Of a stretch of DNA of 64,000 bases, positions 1 to 12,859 are shown piece by piece (position 1 is the first letter of the stretch; the number at the start of each line of letters is the position of its first letter). The DNA is from Octopus sinensis. Lineage: Eukaryota. Under the pieces are notes generated by a model, which made no database searches, was not told where the DNA came from, and saw only the letters and a program-made list of their open reading frames with translations. The stretch lies in NCBI RefSeq assembly GCF_006345805.1, contig NC_043004.1:99696001-99760000 (forward strand). Reading direction: 5' to 3'. The position numbers were made by a program, and so were the translations under genes.

Positions 1-1300
1 AGTGTACGAATATGCAGTCTTCTTACGCTATATTTTCTGGAGAGTGGCGGCGAGCTGGCAGAAACGTTAGCACGCCGGCCGAAATGCGTGGCCGTATTTC
101 GTCTGCCGTTACGTTCTGAGTTCAAATTCCGCCGAGGTCGACTTTGCCTTTCATCCTTTCGGGGTCGATAAATTAAGTACCAGTTGCGCACTGGGGTCGA
201 TGTAATCGACTTAATCCGTTTGTCTGTCCTTGTTTGTCCTCTCTGTGTTTAGCCCCTTGTGAGTAGTAAAGAAATATATATTTTCTGGAGAGATTCTATG
301 ATAGTAGAGAAATTTAACACAATAGATAAAGACTTATATGGAAACGGTGAGATGGCTGTAGTTCAACACTTAAGGGAACATAGTTTACACGCGTTTAGAA
401 AGCCATTATTATCACCTTCAATAAGGTCAGCCTAAATATATCCATGTCCTAGAATCCGAGTATTTTCAATTTCATAAATGTATTCCTAAATTTAAACTGG
501 GAGAATTATACGGAACATTGAACAAAAAAAGCGTCACACATTGCAAGTTATAGTATAGTTTTTAAAAGTCATATTGCTAGTATCAGTTGAAGTGTTTTAA
601 TTGATCATCGAATTAAAAACAAAATCGTCCATAATGTCCGTAGTATATAAAAAAAAAGTGAAAGCTACCATATTTAAATATAAGATTACATAAAAAACAT
701 TTTTCCCTCATCGACAGTAAGAAGTTCATCAGTTTCAGAATTCCTTCTTCCTCAATATTGTGTTTTATAATGCTAAAAACATTTCTAGTCTAGGCAAACA
801 TTTCCCAGTTAACCATAGCTACAATATTTCTCTGAGTTACAACTGTACTGCCAATATTAAAGAGTTAGCAACATGTAAACGAAGGAAACGAACTCTGGCT
901 AACTATGCATAGAGAAGTACAAACTTATGTCCTCTTAACCAAGCATGCGACGTTGAATCAATTACATGTTTGGGTGTAACTACCTCCAACTAAACAAATA
1001 TTAACAATGTTCTTAAATGCCATGTGGATATATTTGTACAACGATACAGCCATTAGTTGTCTAGGAAATATGAAAAATACGTATGCAACAAATGTATCCA
1101 ATTATATCTGAAGCTTGAAAGAAACCGCTACTGATATTTGTATCAAGTGGAATTATAAATATGATGAAGATCTTGGCGAGTGGCTACAAGATTTACCAGG
1201 TTATTCATAGCTTGAAAGAAACTAAAATGTCTTTATAAATATGCGCACTTTAAAAATGTAATAGCAAAATTATTTCTCAAATACGCTGCTCCGAAGATTA
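1..1300 (+). pseudogene. Degenerate Penelope-like retroelement (RT C-terminus / GIY-YIG region), interrupted by a SINE at 46-276
   Basis: Manual translation near 810-990 gives SYNCTANIKELA...LCPLNQACDVESITCLGV. Near 1095-1160 it gives SNYI*SLKETATDICIKW, which parallels LSKYIWSLK...LIWEII in the PLE near 43820. Many stops and frameshifts. Confidence 0.6.
46..276 (+). mobile_element. tRNA-derived SINE, family A, with 16-bp target-site duplication
   Basis: tRNA-like head GGCGGCGAGCTGGCAGAAACGTTAGCA...GAGTTCAAATTCC and core GACTTTGCCTTTCATCCTTTCGGGGTCGATAAA. TSD TATATTTTCTGGAGAG at 29-44 and 277-292. Several homologues in the window. Confidence 0.9.
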
Positions 1301-2579
1301 TCTCCTGTAAAACTGCAAAATTAAATGCCTACAAGATCGGATAGTGCCATTTTCAACTACATACTAGAATGACTCATACCCAGTCTACGACTCTAATTTG
1401 TTTTTATATTTACGGAATACCTAACAAAAATGTCATGCAAAACAATATAGCTGCCTGATTTCAACTCTAAATTTTTTAAATCAGTTCAAGATTCTCTCAT
1501 CTCTGAATAATTAACCAGGTCTGTCATAATTCAGGCTCTGCTACAATAAAGCAATAAAATTAGTGATCTCATTAAACTTCATGATATTATATATGCACTG
1601 ATACCTAATAATTTTGTATTCAAAGTATCGACACTCATTTCCATATAATCTATTTCTCCCAACTCCTTAGTCATATTATTTTTAAGACCTCTACTTTTAT
1701 ATTTGTTAAATTGTAGTAGTAGCACACTTTGTATTTCCCCAAGGGAGACAATTTCTTTTTAAGATGTTTATATGCAATGTATAATGAACCTTACAAGTTT
1801 TAAACTAAATTGCAGTAAGTTTTTTTAAATAGTTTCAAATTAACTGAATGTGAACCTTTTAGTTTAAACACTATATCTTATCAAAAAGAAGTCATGCCAG
1901 TAATAGATGTATGCGCATTTTGTTCGTATAAAAACCTATAAAATCACTTCGCATGCTTGTGTATATGTGTACATAAGTATGTATTTGTAAGAGTGTATGT
2001 GTTATCAACCATCCGTCTGCTACAATATGATTAAAAGCATTTTAAAGTAACTTCAAATGTTTGCTTTTGCGGCAAACAACTTAAGTAGTAAACAAAAGAA
2101 TGTAACCATTAGTCCTTTGATCCAAACCGACCCCAACATTAGACATATCTTGAAATTCTATTTACTTCGTAAAGGTCAAATTTTAAAGAATGCATCATTC
2201 TCGGAAAAACACAGTTCCTTTTTTTTTGTTTGCTGTTATTGTTATTGTTCTTGTTGTATTACATCAGTTCAGCTTTAATTGAACAAATATGTCGTATGCA
2301 GTTATACAGAATACAAAGAATGGCACATGCAGAAGCGTTTTGATTCCGAAACTCAGTGACACGAACTAAGGAACGTATTCACATTGAAATCAACAAACGT
2401 TAAATAATAATACGAGGTGCAGTTTTGAAACTTGGACCAGAAGATACTTATGTTAGCAATTATTGCTCTATTATAAGTTTCGTTATTGGCCACACAGGGC
2501 TGCACACGGATGGGACAAGTTACAAGGTAGAGCTTTTCTTTTTGGGGAGAAAAAAAAAAGGTGGCGTAGGTTTTCGATC

Positions 2580-2722
2580 AAAAGGGATCGTAAAAGGGGA
2601 AAAAAGAACAAAAAAAGAAAAAAAAAGAAAAAAGGAAAAAAAAAGAAAAAAAAGGAAAGGAAGAAAAGAAAAGAAAAAAGAAAAGAAGAAAAAGAGGAAA
2701 AAAGGGGAAGAGGAAAAAAAAC
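2580..2722. repeat. A/G-rich polypurine low-complexity tract
   Basis: Almost only A and G; it produces the spurious Lys-rich ORFs at 2425 and 2463. Confidence 0.85.
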
Positions 2723-2995
2723 GATCTAGATATATAGTCAGGCATATTAGAGAGTGATTCGTTAAGAAATCATGATGCTCTGTCAGATAGGGATGTTTCG
2801 TGTCATATCAGTTGGCTTTAACTTAAATTCGTCTGTTAAAAATAAGTTTGACACTAGAAATACGCTGGTGTTATACGGTTTCTTGCATTCATTTCTTATA
2901 AAATTAGCGATTTATGCTGTGGAAAAATGACTTTATAGCACATCATAAGTGAAGAATAATATTTACTCACGTATTTGAATATACATATACATATA

Positions 2996-3158
2996 GGCGC
3001 AGGAGTGGCTGTTTGGTAAGTAGCTTGCTTACCAGCCACATGGTTCTGGGTTCAGTCCCACTGCGTGGTATCTTGGGCAAGTGTCTTCTGCTATAGCCCC
3101 GGGCTGACCAATGCCTTGTGAGTGGATTTGGTAGACAGAAACTGAAAGAAGCCTGTCG

Positions 3159-3217
<59 letters not shown>

Positions 3218-3432
3218 GTGTATGCTTGTGTCTGAGTTTGTCCCCCTAGCATTGCTTGACAACCGATGCTGGTGTGTTTACGTCCCTGTCACTTAGCGGT
3301 TCGGCAAAAGAGACCGATAGAATAAGTACTAGGCTTACAAAGAATAAGTACTGGGGTCGAGTTGCTCGACTAAAGGCGGTGCTCCAGCATGGCCGCAGTC
3401 AAATGACTGAAACAAGTAAAAGAGTAAAGAGT
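2996..3432 (+). mobile_element. tRNA-derived SINE, family B, with internal (TA)/(TG) microsatellite
   Basis: Head GGCGCAGGAGTGGCTGTTTGGTAAG...GGTTCAGTCCCA and tail AGTAAAAGAGTAAAGAG. Near-full homologue at 60582-61064. Confidence 0.85.
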
Positions 3433-4379
3433 ATATACAGGAAGTCGCGTGCATACATACATTAATCAATGTAATTAGTCGGGAAGTGGTTAATGAATAT
3501 ATACCTGTTTGCCTCAATTAAAATATACTTGGAAAAATACACGTAGATGCAAATAAGCTTTTACGAAATTAATATGCTATCTAGATGTATATACGCCTCT
3601 ATATAACATATATTGCATAATTCTTTAGTCTTTTTTATCATGAACTCTATGATTTGAAATTCAGTCGCCGAGGACCGTATTCAAGCCTGCTCAGCATGGG
3701 AGCGCGACTTTTGTGCAGCCGATAATCTGGAAACCAAAGCGATATATTGGTTGCATGAGTGTTGATACGCATGTGCATGTATGCGTCTGTCTGAACATGC
3801 ATTGCAGTTTTAAATACTAATCCTTAAAATCTACAATGCTGGCCGTTTCTACCGTCCTTATTAATAAATTAATAAAAAGAATAATTAATATATTTTTCAT
3901 TATTTCCCTTTCGAAAGTTTTACATTTAAAAGCTTAAAATAATTACTAGTGACACGTGTTTTACAAGTTTTTTGCAATATGAATTTGGGGTTTTCACCTA
4001 TTGTCTTTCACTTCGCAGTACAGAAGAGAATATAAACATTTTTCAACAGTTAATAGAGGGCTCAGCATTTACTGGAAAATATTCTGTTGAAAGGATGTAT
4101 TTTATGGAACAAAGATTTGCTCATGTTCTCTTCTTCCAAATATTGTGCCCTTTGCTTACAAATTCAATTAGACCACAGCTTCCTTCACCAAATGAAGAAT
4201 ACTTATCTACACACATATACACACACACACACACGCCCGCACACATACCAACACATACACACACACGCACTCACAAATATATATATGTATATATTTGTCT
4301 ATATATGTATATATGTGTGTATATATGTGTGTATATATATATGTATATATATATGTATGCATATATGTATATATATAAA

Positions 4380-4414
<35 letters not shown>

Positions 4415-4426
4415 ATATATTATATA

Positions 4427-4630
4427 AAAGTAAATCCAAACAAGAAACCACAAAAAACCACAACAACGCGAGGAAGTGGAACAAATATAGTATTATTGGA
4501 CGCTCAGGAAAGAAGGAGAATTTAAAGTTTCGAGCGGAGCTCTTCGTCAGAAACATAGGAACATAAGAAAATCCAGAGAAGGAAGACAGAAAAGGAAACA
4601 ATTTCGCCAATGGTACACACGAGGTCACAT
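4427..4630 (-). mobile_element. Short non-autonomous element in (TA)n with degenerate HHR-like motif
   Basis: Inverted homologue of 6452-6678, flanked by (TA)n. The minus strand at 4520-4554 reads GTTT CTGACGA A GAGC TCC GCTC GAAA CTTT AAAT. Confidence 0.6.
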
Positions 4631-4654
4631 TTATATATATATATACATGTATAA

Positions 4655-5220
4655 AGACTCCTCCTTCGGTCATGAATAACCATGGGATTGCATCTAGAAA
4701 GTTATCCTGGGCAAGGTTGTTTTATGGAAGACTAGTATAGTCGCCCATGTATACCAACCTTCCCTCTCCACGCCACCGATATTATCCAAAAGGCGGCGAG
4801 CTTGCAGAAACGTTAGCACGTCGGGCAAAATGCGTAGCCGTATTTCGTCTGCCGTTACGTTCTGAGTTCAAATTCCGCCGAGGTCGACTTTGCCTTTCAT
4901 CCTTTCGAGGTCGATTAAATAAGTACCAGTAACGCACTGGGGTCGATATAATCGACTTAATCTATTTGTATGTCCTTGTTTGTCCCCTCTGTGTTTAGCC
5001 CCTTGTGGGTAGTAAGTAAATAGATATTATCCACGAGAAGGGCACAGGCCGATATAGCTTGACACCAGTGACGTCGCAACTCATTTCTATACCTGGGAGA
5101 ACTGGAGCAACGTGAAATAATGTGTCTTGCTCAAGAGCACAATACTCAGCCCAGTCCGGGAATCGAACTCACTATCTCATGATTGTGAGCCTGACGCTCG
5201 AACCACTGAGCCATACACCT
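4655..5220 (-). mobile_element. tRNA-derived SINE, family C, split by a nested family A SINE
   Basis: Collinear with the uninterrupted copy at 51355-51690; tRNA-like head at the right end on the minus strand. Confidence 0.85.
4792..5022 (+). mobile_element. SINE family A nested in SINE family C, 11-bp TSD
   Basis: Homologous to 46-276. GATATTATCCA is duplicated at 4778-4788 and 5023-5033. Confidence 0.9.
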
Positions 5221-6000
5221 ACACACACACACACACATATGAATATATGCAAGTGTATATGTGTATGCATGTAAACCTATAAGCATATATATATGCCCGT
5301 GTCCGTGTGTATGTGTGTTTACAGTTATATATTATATTATTTGTACAGACAAATATATATATAGAATACAGATGTGCCAGACATTCTCTGCAATTGGGTG
5401 AAATGCTTCTTGTACACTCCTCTTAAAACACCGACGGGTTTACCTATAATGGGAACATAGTCACATGTCAGAAAATTGTAATTCCCAGGTGTATGTGCGT
5501 AAGAAACATGAAATTAAAGCAAGCGATTTATTGGATGCACCAATGTCACCTGTGCAATATAACAGACATCCGTCTGTTTGTTATTCATGCAATTTTACAG
5601 CCGATTTCCGTCAAAGATGGATTAACGGATCAAAGAAAAAGCTCGACGCTCATAATGCCAAATCAGATGAGTTAAGTCTGTTCGGAATGCTACTCCCCTC
5701 CTTCTAATCCCATTGGTTAGTTAGAGTAGCCAATGGAAATGCTTAGCAAATGTTATATTTATGGAGGACTTACCGCATGACATGATGTTGCAGTGGTATA
5801 GCGAGATGCCCTGAGAATTTATGAGCAAATGGACACACGTTAAAGCGTACATATGACAGTAACCATGTGTATATATCCGTGTGTGTGTTTATGTAGCTTT
5901 ATTTGTGAGTGTGCATTTATGTTATCAAATTTTGTTATTGTATATACGATTCTCTGTGTGTGTAGTTTACCTTCTCACTCTACCCAAATGGATTTTTTTA

Positions 6001-6217
6001 TTCTTTTATTTGTTTCTATCATTTGACAGCAGCCATGCTGGAGCACCACCTTAAACTGTGTTAGTCGAACAAAACTACCCAGGAGTATTTTTCGGAGACT
6101 AGTACTAAATATATCGGTCTGTTTGTCGAAGCGCTAAGCTACGGGGACATAAACACACCAACACCAGTTGTCATGCGGTAATAGGGGGACAAACACAAAG
6201 ATACACACATAGATATA

Positions 6218-6283
<66 letters not shown>

Positions 6284-6345
6284 TATAACGGGTTCTTTCA
6301 GTGTCAGTCTACCAAATTCACCCACAAGGCTTTGGTCGGCCCAGA
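6001..6345 (-). mobile_element. SINE family B copy, 5'-truncated
   Basis: Reverse complement of about 3100-3430 (GCCATGCTGGAGCACCACC...GGGGACAAAC...CTACCAAATTCAC). Confidence 0.8.
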
Positions 6346-6374
6346 ACCAAGTGGTTAGAAAGCAAGCTTCTTAT

Positions 6375-6450
<76 letters not shown>

Positions 6451-6451
6451 C

Positions 6452-6676
6452 ATGTGATCTCTTAAGCACCACCAGCTCAAATATTTTCTCCTCTGTCTTC
6501 CCTCCTTGGGATCTTTCCTTCTCCTTGTTTCCAACGAAGAGCTCCGCTCGAAACTTTAAACCCTCCTTCCCTTCTTTCCTGAGTGTCAATAATACTTTAA
6601 TTGTTCCACGTCCTGCGTTGCTGTGTTTTTTTCTCCCTTTTTTTCTCTTTTTTTCTGTGTTTTCTTGTTTGGATTA

Positions 6677-6678
<2 letters not shown>
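6452..6678 (+). mobile_element. Short non-autonomous element in (TA)n, relative of 4427-4630
   Basis: Flanked by (TA)n on both sides. Decayed HHR-like motif GTTT CCAACGA A GAGCTCCGCTC GAAA CTTT AAAC at 6527-6561. Confidence 0.6.
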
Positions 6679-6709
<31 letters not shown>

Positions 6710-6711
<2 letters not shown>

Positions 6712-7047
6712 CGGAGATGTACTTGCATAGCAAGTGATTTGATCTGAGATCTGAGATCGTGTGCTGAAACGAAAACAATTGCAGCGTGGAAAGCTATTTA
6801 AGAAACACACAAAAGCTGTTCGATACACTTCAACATTTAAGTTTAATTTGTCAAAATATTTTCATCGCTTTAAACCGCGACCTATTCACTGACAAAAATC
6901 CGTGCTGCACGGATTTTTGTCAGTGAATAGGTCGCGGTTTTAAGCGATGAAAATATTTTGACAATTAAAGTTAAATGTTGAAGTGTATCGAACGGCTTTT
7001 GTGTGTTTCTTAAATGGCTTACAAACACCTTCCATGCTGCATTTGTT
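6710..7047. mobile_element. Fold-back (palindromic) element in (TA)n, centre at 6906
   Basis: Arms about 6777-6905 and 6907-7047 are near-perfect reverse complements with a 1-nt spacer (CCGTGC-T-GCACGG). Confidence 0.85.
6917..6964 (+). ncRNA. Variant minimal type I hammerhead-like motif (G3/U8 core); mirror copy at 6848-6895 on minus
   Basis: TTGTCA [GTGAATA] G GTCGC-ggttttaa-GCGAT [GAAA] ATAT [T T] TGACAA. All three stems pair and stem III AATATT is palindromic. The core is non-canonical and the triplet is UUU. Confidence 0.45.
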
Positions 7048-8211
7048 ATATATATATTGTATATATATATTTGTTTATTGGAAACGTTTTGAATATGCAT
7101 ATAAAGCTTCTATCTTGTTATGCTGGGCACAGTCTAATGATACTGTAGTGGGAATCTATAGTCAGTACAAGGTGTTGATGTGGCTACATGTATTTTATTA
7201 CAAGAATTTCATGTATAGATGAAAGAATAAATTCAAGATTTATATATTTTCAACATAAAAATGTATTTTATTTCTTTTATTGATGATGATACATGGTATC
7301 AATATATAGAATCTAGTTGAATGAAGTAACGATCTATACAAGAGAGTTCAGCGATAGAAAATGTAGAAAAAATAGCTACGTGGTTTTTCAATCATGTGGC
7401 GTAGAGAAATAGATGGACATTGCAATGATATGAATGGCTCTGAGTCTAATTGACTACGAAGCGAAGAGCTGAGTTAGCAAGCTGTTTTTATTAATGGAAC
7501 GCTGGACATTCTAGAAGCTTCCAAGAGAAGCGCTAAGCTTCTTGGATAATCAACAATCATATCTCATGACGCAGATGCTTCGAGAAACTTAAAAATGTGA
7601 GTTTACTCTATCTTCTTTTTGGCAAGGGAGATCATTGAATTGTTTAGATAATTAGAACACTACAATGCTGACCGATGAACCAGTTTTTGGCAGTTTCATC
7701 GAGCTGTACCGATAAAATGAAGGATAAATATAGTGATAATAATAACAATAATCCTTGACTGGAATTTATAACGATTTAGTGCCTCGCTACGCACGTTTCA
7801 CTAATCATATGTCTCTTAAGAACACAGTCCGTATTCCTGAAATGCTTACAGATAAATACATACACACACACACATATAAATACATACATATACATACATA
7901 TACATGTATACACACACACACATGCATTAGGTGCGAGAATATGTGCATGTGTGTATGTGTTTAAGTACTACAAAATATATCTCACAAATTTACCTTCACA
8001 TCCTTGTTGATCCAGGTAATAACCGAAAGACATTCTTGGGTACAGTGCCACACAGTAAGATTGAATTCTATACCACTTTGTTCCGAAGCGAATGTGCTAA
8101 ATGCATGATAGTGCCGACTCCATTTTCCGTGCGTGTGCTTGCTTACACATAAATGTGAGAGCGTGTCTGTGCACATGTGTGTATGTGCATTTGTGTGTAT
8201 CTGAGAGAGAG

Positions 8212-8253
<42 letters not shown>

Positions 8254-8819
8254 TGTGTGTGTTAGAGAGAGAGATAGAGAAAGAGAGAGTATGTGTGTAC
8301 ATGGGTTTGAATATATCTAAATGGAAATTAGGAATGTGATGTGAGCACTGAACTGCAGTCGAACAGAACAGTTTTGAAAATATCATGCACAAAACGCCAT
8401 GAAACAATGATGAACTTCTCCGAGTGAGCAAAAACTAAGAAAATTCTCTCAGATTTCATTAAACTGTGAAATATAATCAATTTTGAAAACTTAATTAGAA
8501 AGGTGGATAGGAGAGTCGGTTAAAAGAAGGTATATCTAATTTAAAAGAAAGGGAAATCCAAGTATTATGTGCAAGGATAATATCACGAATTAGATACAAT
8601 TTAAATGTAGTGCATACGTGGGAAAGAGATTACAAATGCAATAGAGATGACGACGCATGCGTTTCAACCGCATGATGGCTGACAATAGCTGATTTTTATG
8701 CATAAATGTGGTTGGCATTCTGTATTTATAACAACTAAATATATTACAACGAGGTCGCGAATATTAATATGGAGTTTCACACAGATGAAAATGTTACATT
8801 CTGTGAATTATTACGAGCA

Positions 8820-8859
8820 TACTACTACTACTACTACTACTACTACACTACTACTACTA

Positions 8860-8920
<61 letters not shown>

Positions 8921-9540
8921 CTACTACTACTACTGCTGCTGCTGCTACTACTATTGCTGCTCCTGGTACTATTGCTGCTGCCCCTGCTACTACTACTACT
9001 ACTACTACTACTACCTCGCCTTTTTCTTTTTCTTCTTCATATAAATATCAATAGTAGTACTAGCAACAGCAAGACTACTACTACTACTACTAGTAGTAGT
9101 AGTAGTGTTGCTGCTACTAGTACTACTATTGCTACTTATATGAAGAAGAAAATGAAGAAGTTAAAATGAAGAAGACGAAGAAGAAGAAAGTGAAGAAGAA
9201 GAAGAAAGTGAAGAAGAAGAAGAAGAAGAAGAAAGTGAAGAAGAAGAAGAAGACGCAGATGAAGAAGAAGAAGAAGAAGGAGAAGAAGAAAGTGAAGAAG
9301 AAGAGAAGAAGAAGAAGAAGAAGAAGAAGTGAAGAAGAAGAGAAGAAGAAGAAGAAGAAAGTGAAGAAGAAGAAGAAGAAGAAGAAGAAGAAGAAGAAGA
9401 AGAAGAAGAAGAAGAAGAAGAAGGCGCGGAAGAAGAAGAAGAAGAAAAAGAAGAAGAAAAAGAAGAAGAAGAAGAAGAAGAAGAAGAAGAAAAAGAAGAA
9501 GAAAAAGAAGAAGACGAAGAAGAAGAAGAAGAAGAAAATA
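8820..9540. repeat. Compound trinucleotide microsatellite (ACT)n/(GCT)n/(AGT)n/(GAA)n
   Basis: Read directly from the sequence. Confidence 0.95.
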
Positions 9541-9559
9541 TTCTAACTGATCGTGTTAT

Positions 9560-9890
9560 TCACCGGAATTTTGAATCCAAACTGATAGTGATATCCAGGC
9601 CAATATGCCAGACATTGTGGTAAGCAAATCACATTTGTTAAGCATGTCTGCTCACGGATATGTTAATGGCAGCAGACTGCACCACATCTTTTCAAACATT
9701 TCAATCGTCGAGTAAATACACGAACCTTGAAATAAAGGTCTCAGAAATGGGGCATCTGAAACCAAAAACTATCCCTGTAATTAGTAGGGCTTTGGACAAA
9801 ATACCAAATGGCACTCTTGAACACTATAATCTCGTACAAGAGATCCAAAATTTCGGAAGTAAATATCCTATAATGAAGTCTCGAATGTTA
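9560..9890 (+). mobile_element. 3' fragment of a restriction-like-endonuclease LINE (R4/Dong-like), degenerate
   Basis: Translates as IQTDSDIQANMPDIVVS...CLLTDM...SKYTNLEIKVSEMGHLKPKTIPVISRALDKI, matching the RLE PD-(D/E)xK C-terminus pattern (PDIV...K.KY..L...IPVI.GALG). Sits between microsatellites. Confidence 0.75.
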
Positions 9891-9941
9891 TATGAATTTT
9901 TCACATGCATAATTGGTAACATGGTGTAAATTATTACGGAC

Positions 9942-9944
<3 letters not shown>

Positions 9945-9972
<28 letters not shown>

Positions 9973-10216
9973 AACTACTACTACTATCACCGGCGCGGCC
10001 GCCATCGCCACCACCACCACTACTACTACTAACACCGCTGCCGCCAAACCACCATCAACACCACCACTACTACTACTACTACTACTACAACTACTACTAT
10101 TACTACTATCACCACCGGCGCCGTCACCACCACCACTACTACTACTATCACCACCACCGCCGCCGCCACTGCCACTACCACCACCACCACCACCACCACT
10201 ACCACTACTACTACTA

Positions 10217-10273
<57 letters not shown>

Positions 10274-10410
10274 ACAACTACTATTACTACTATCACCACC
10301 GGCGCCGCCACCACCACCACCACCACCACCACTACTACTACTATCCCCACCGCCGCCACAGCCACAACCACCACCACCACCACCACCACCACTACCACTA
10401 CTACTACTAC
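9945..10410. repeat. (ACT)n/(ACC)n compound microsatellite
   Basis: Read directly from the sequence. Confidence 0.95.
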
Positions 10411-10639
10411 TGTCTTGGTGCCCGTATCCTACGAAGATCATTGTCAACCTGTCAGCTTCAATATACCTGCTGCTCTAAAAATTCATTCAAAACTAAAATG
10501 TTACAAATTTGATGGAATCGTAGTTCTCACATTGTGGTCCTCTTCCTCTACAATATGTCGCAGCTAATGATCAATAATTCTCATATTAAAACGTCTGGCT
10601 TACTGTTACCTGAGCTCAGTAAATAAGACTTGGAACAGC

Positions 10640-11010
10640 TCCTATAAAACAAAGCATCATCAAAGTACACATTAAATAATACTAGTTGTAATCAAGAAGG
10701 AAGGCGAAGAAACAGACATTTGCAAAACTCTTAAATACGAAATAGCACGTCTATGGAAAACGAAGAGGTTGAAGACAGTGCCACTTATTGCTGGATCCTT
10801 GGGGACAGTATCAGAAGGCATCAAGAGGAATATAATGGAAATCAGAATAGAGGGCCCAATAGCACTGTTACAAAAGGTTTGCATTTTGTAACAGAATAAT
10901 CAGGAACGTATTAGATAGTTGAAAAGAACAGATAGCATGCTACCGTTGCGCATGCAACACAGGATTTATAACACAACCTGAGATAAAAAGAATAATTAAT
11001 AATAATATTA
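10640..11010 (+). mobile_element. Second R4/Dong-like LINE 3' end
   Basis: Translates as LKYEIARLWKTKRLKTVPLIAGSLGTVSEG...LLQKVCIL, followed by a short UTR and an AAT/ATG repeat tail. Confidence 0.75.
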
Positions 11011-11045
<35 letters not shown>

Positions 11046-11128
11046 AATGGTGATGATGATGATGATAATGATGGTGATGATGATGATGATGACGATGGTG
11101 ATGGTGATGATGGTGATGGTGATGATGG

Positions 11129-11159
<31 letters not shown>

Positions 11160-11205
11160 GATGATGAAGATGAAGATGATGATGATGATGATGATGATGA
11201 TGATA
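11011..11205. repeat. (ATG)n microsatellite
   Basis: Read directly; source of the poly-Met ORF. Confidence 0.95.
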
Positions 11206-11746
11206 TGCCCTGATGCAGTATCAGGCAGTGGCTCTCGTGGCTTCTGATCTTAAATGATTCGAAGTGTTATCATGTACATTGTTTTTGTCTTGGTATAAAA
11301 GATGGGCTACAGCAAATATTCTGCTCAATACCACAGATTTGCTTGTCAGTTGTTTAACCTTAATCAGTTGAGTATGTCCTTCAGTGGCTGACAAAATGTG
11401 CATTTCTGATCACGAGCAAAAATAGTGGGGGAGCATCATTACCATGTGCTGAGAGGAATTCTTTGGGGTTTCAATAATTTACCTCTGGAAACATGGGTGT
11501 TTCGTTCAAAATCCTTAAACAACACTTATTCAGGGACCTTTTGAGCGGGATGGGTTACTCAACCAGAAGGAAATTCTAACTCATATATATATATATATAA
11601 ATATATGTATGTGTGTGTGTATACCTACATATATATACACACATACATATGTGTAGGAATATACATGTGCATTTCTATATATATACATATATGTATGTTT
11701 ACATAGTTATATATATATATATAAGTATATAGATATATATACACAG

Positions 11747-11779
<33 letters not shown>

Positions 11780-12859
11780 CACAAATATGCATACATACAT
11801 ACACATACATGCATACATACATATATATATATATACAAATATCTCTCTATGCGTGTGTACTTATGTTCTTTTACACGTGCATACACTGCATACATAAGTA
11901 TACTTACACATGTGTGAATGTATTTATAGGTCAGAGAAATATGATGAATTAGCTTCAAGTTTGAATCCAATAATAGCATTACATGTTTATATAAAGAAAA
12001 TGTCTGAAAAGATCATAGGGTTAATTAAGAATTTCTGGAATAGTCTTCAGATATTATGCGGCTCCATTTGCTAAGAGATGGAAATTTAGTTTGAATCGAA
12101 ATGACACCTGGCCTTTACTACATGTTACAATACACACACATGCATATACATATCCAAGCTTAAACACACACTCACAAGTATACATACACTCTCACACACA
12201 CACACATACTAACAACCCCACCTCGCATACACGCTTATTTAATCACATATCATTAATATCTCCTGTATCTTTCTACATAAGGTACTATAATTATAACATC
12301 CCTACATTTCCCTTCTGGAAAGCATTGGACTTATAATTATGTATATTCTTATATAAACAGCAGCACATATTGTAACACATTTCCAATTCTTCTGTCATCC
12401 GATTTTAGTTTCTGTAGTATAGGAACAGATTTGAACTCTAAATCTGAAGAAATGAGTTTCATCTTCTTCATAAGTTGATGGTAATTTCCATCAGTGGCGA
12501 ATCCTGCATCCATCTGTACTTTTGCAATGTTTTCTAATGCACTTTAAGCTGATTGCATCCCACTTTTTAAAAAAATCATTTATTTGGTAAACAAAAATAC
12601 TGCTCACGAGCACGTGACTGGTGTGTTGCTGAGATTAAGTTATCCTCAAACTGAAGACTTTCTTTGTGTGATTACAGGGGAGTGAAATGCTATAAAAATA
12701 CCCTAAAGGTGGATAGTGATGTTAAATCATACGACTGAGTGAGAGTATCAAATAAGTAGGTAACAGCTGGATCCGGTCTGGGACTGCAAAAGACAGAAAG
12801 CTACCGCAAACGAATTTGCTAATATTTCCGACAAATAACCGCCCATAACAGTGTTACAA

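Noticed and set aside
5440-5830. Possible Gypsy integrase relic (QKIVIP, QAIYW)
   Set aside because: Only short motifs in different frames; not supportable without an HMM search.
7250-7640. Possible solo LTR
   Set aside because: No clear TG...CA ends, TSD or second copy.
11206-11582. Segment between microsatellites that looks like a dispersed repeat
   Set aside because: Single copy in the window with no diagnostic termini or coding motif, so it is left unclassified.
12645-12700. CTGAAGA...GAAA TGC TA hammerhead-like spacing
   Set aside because: Stem I does not pair; this could be chance.
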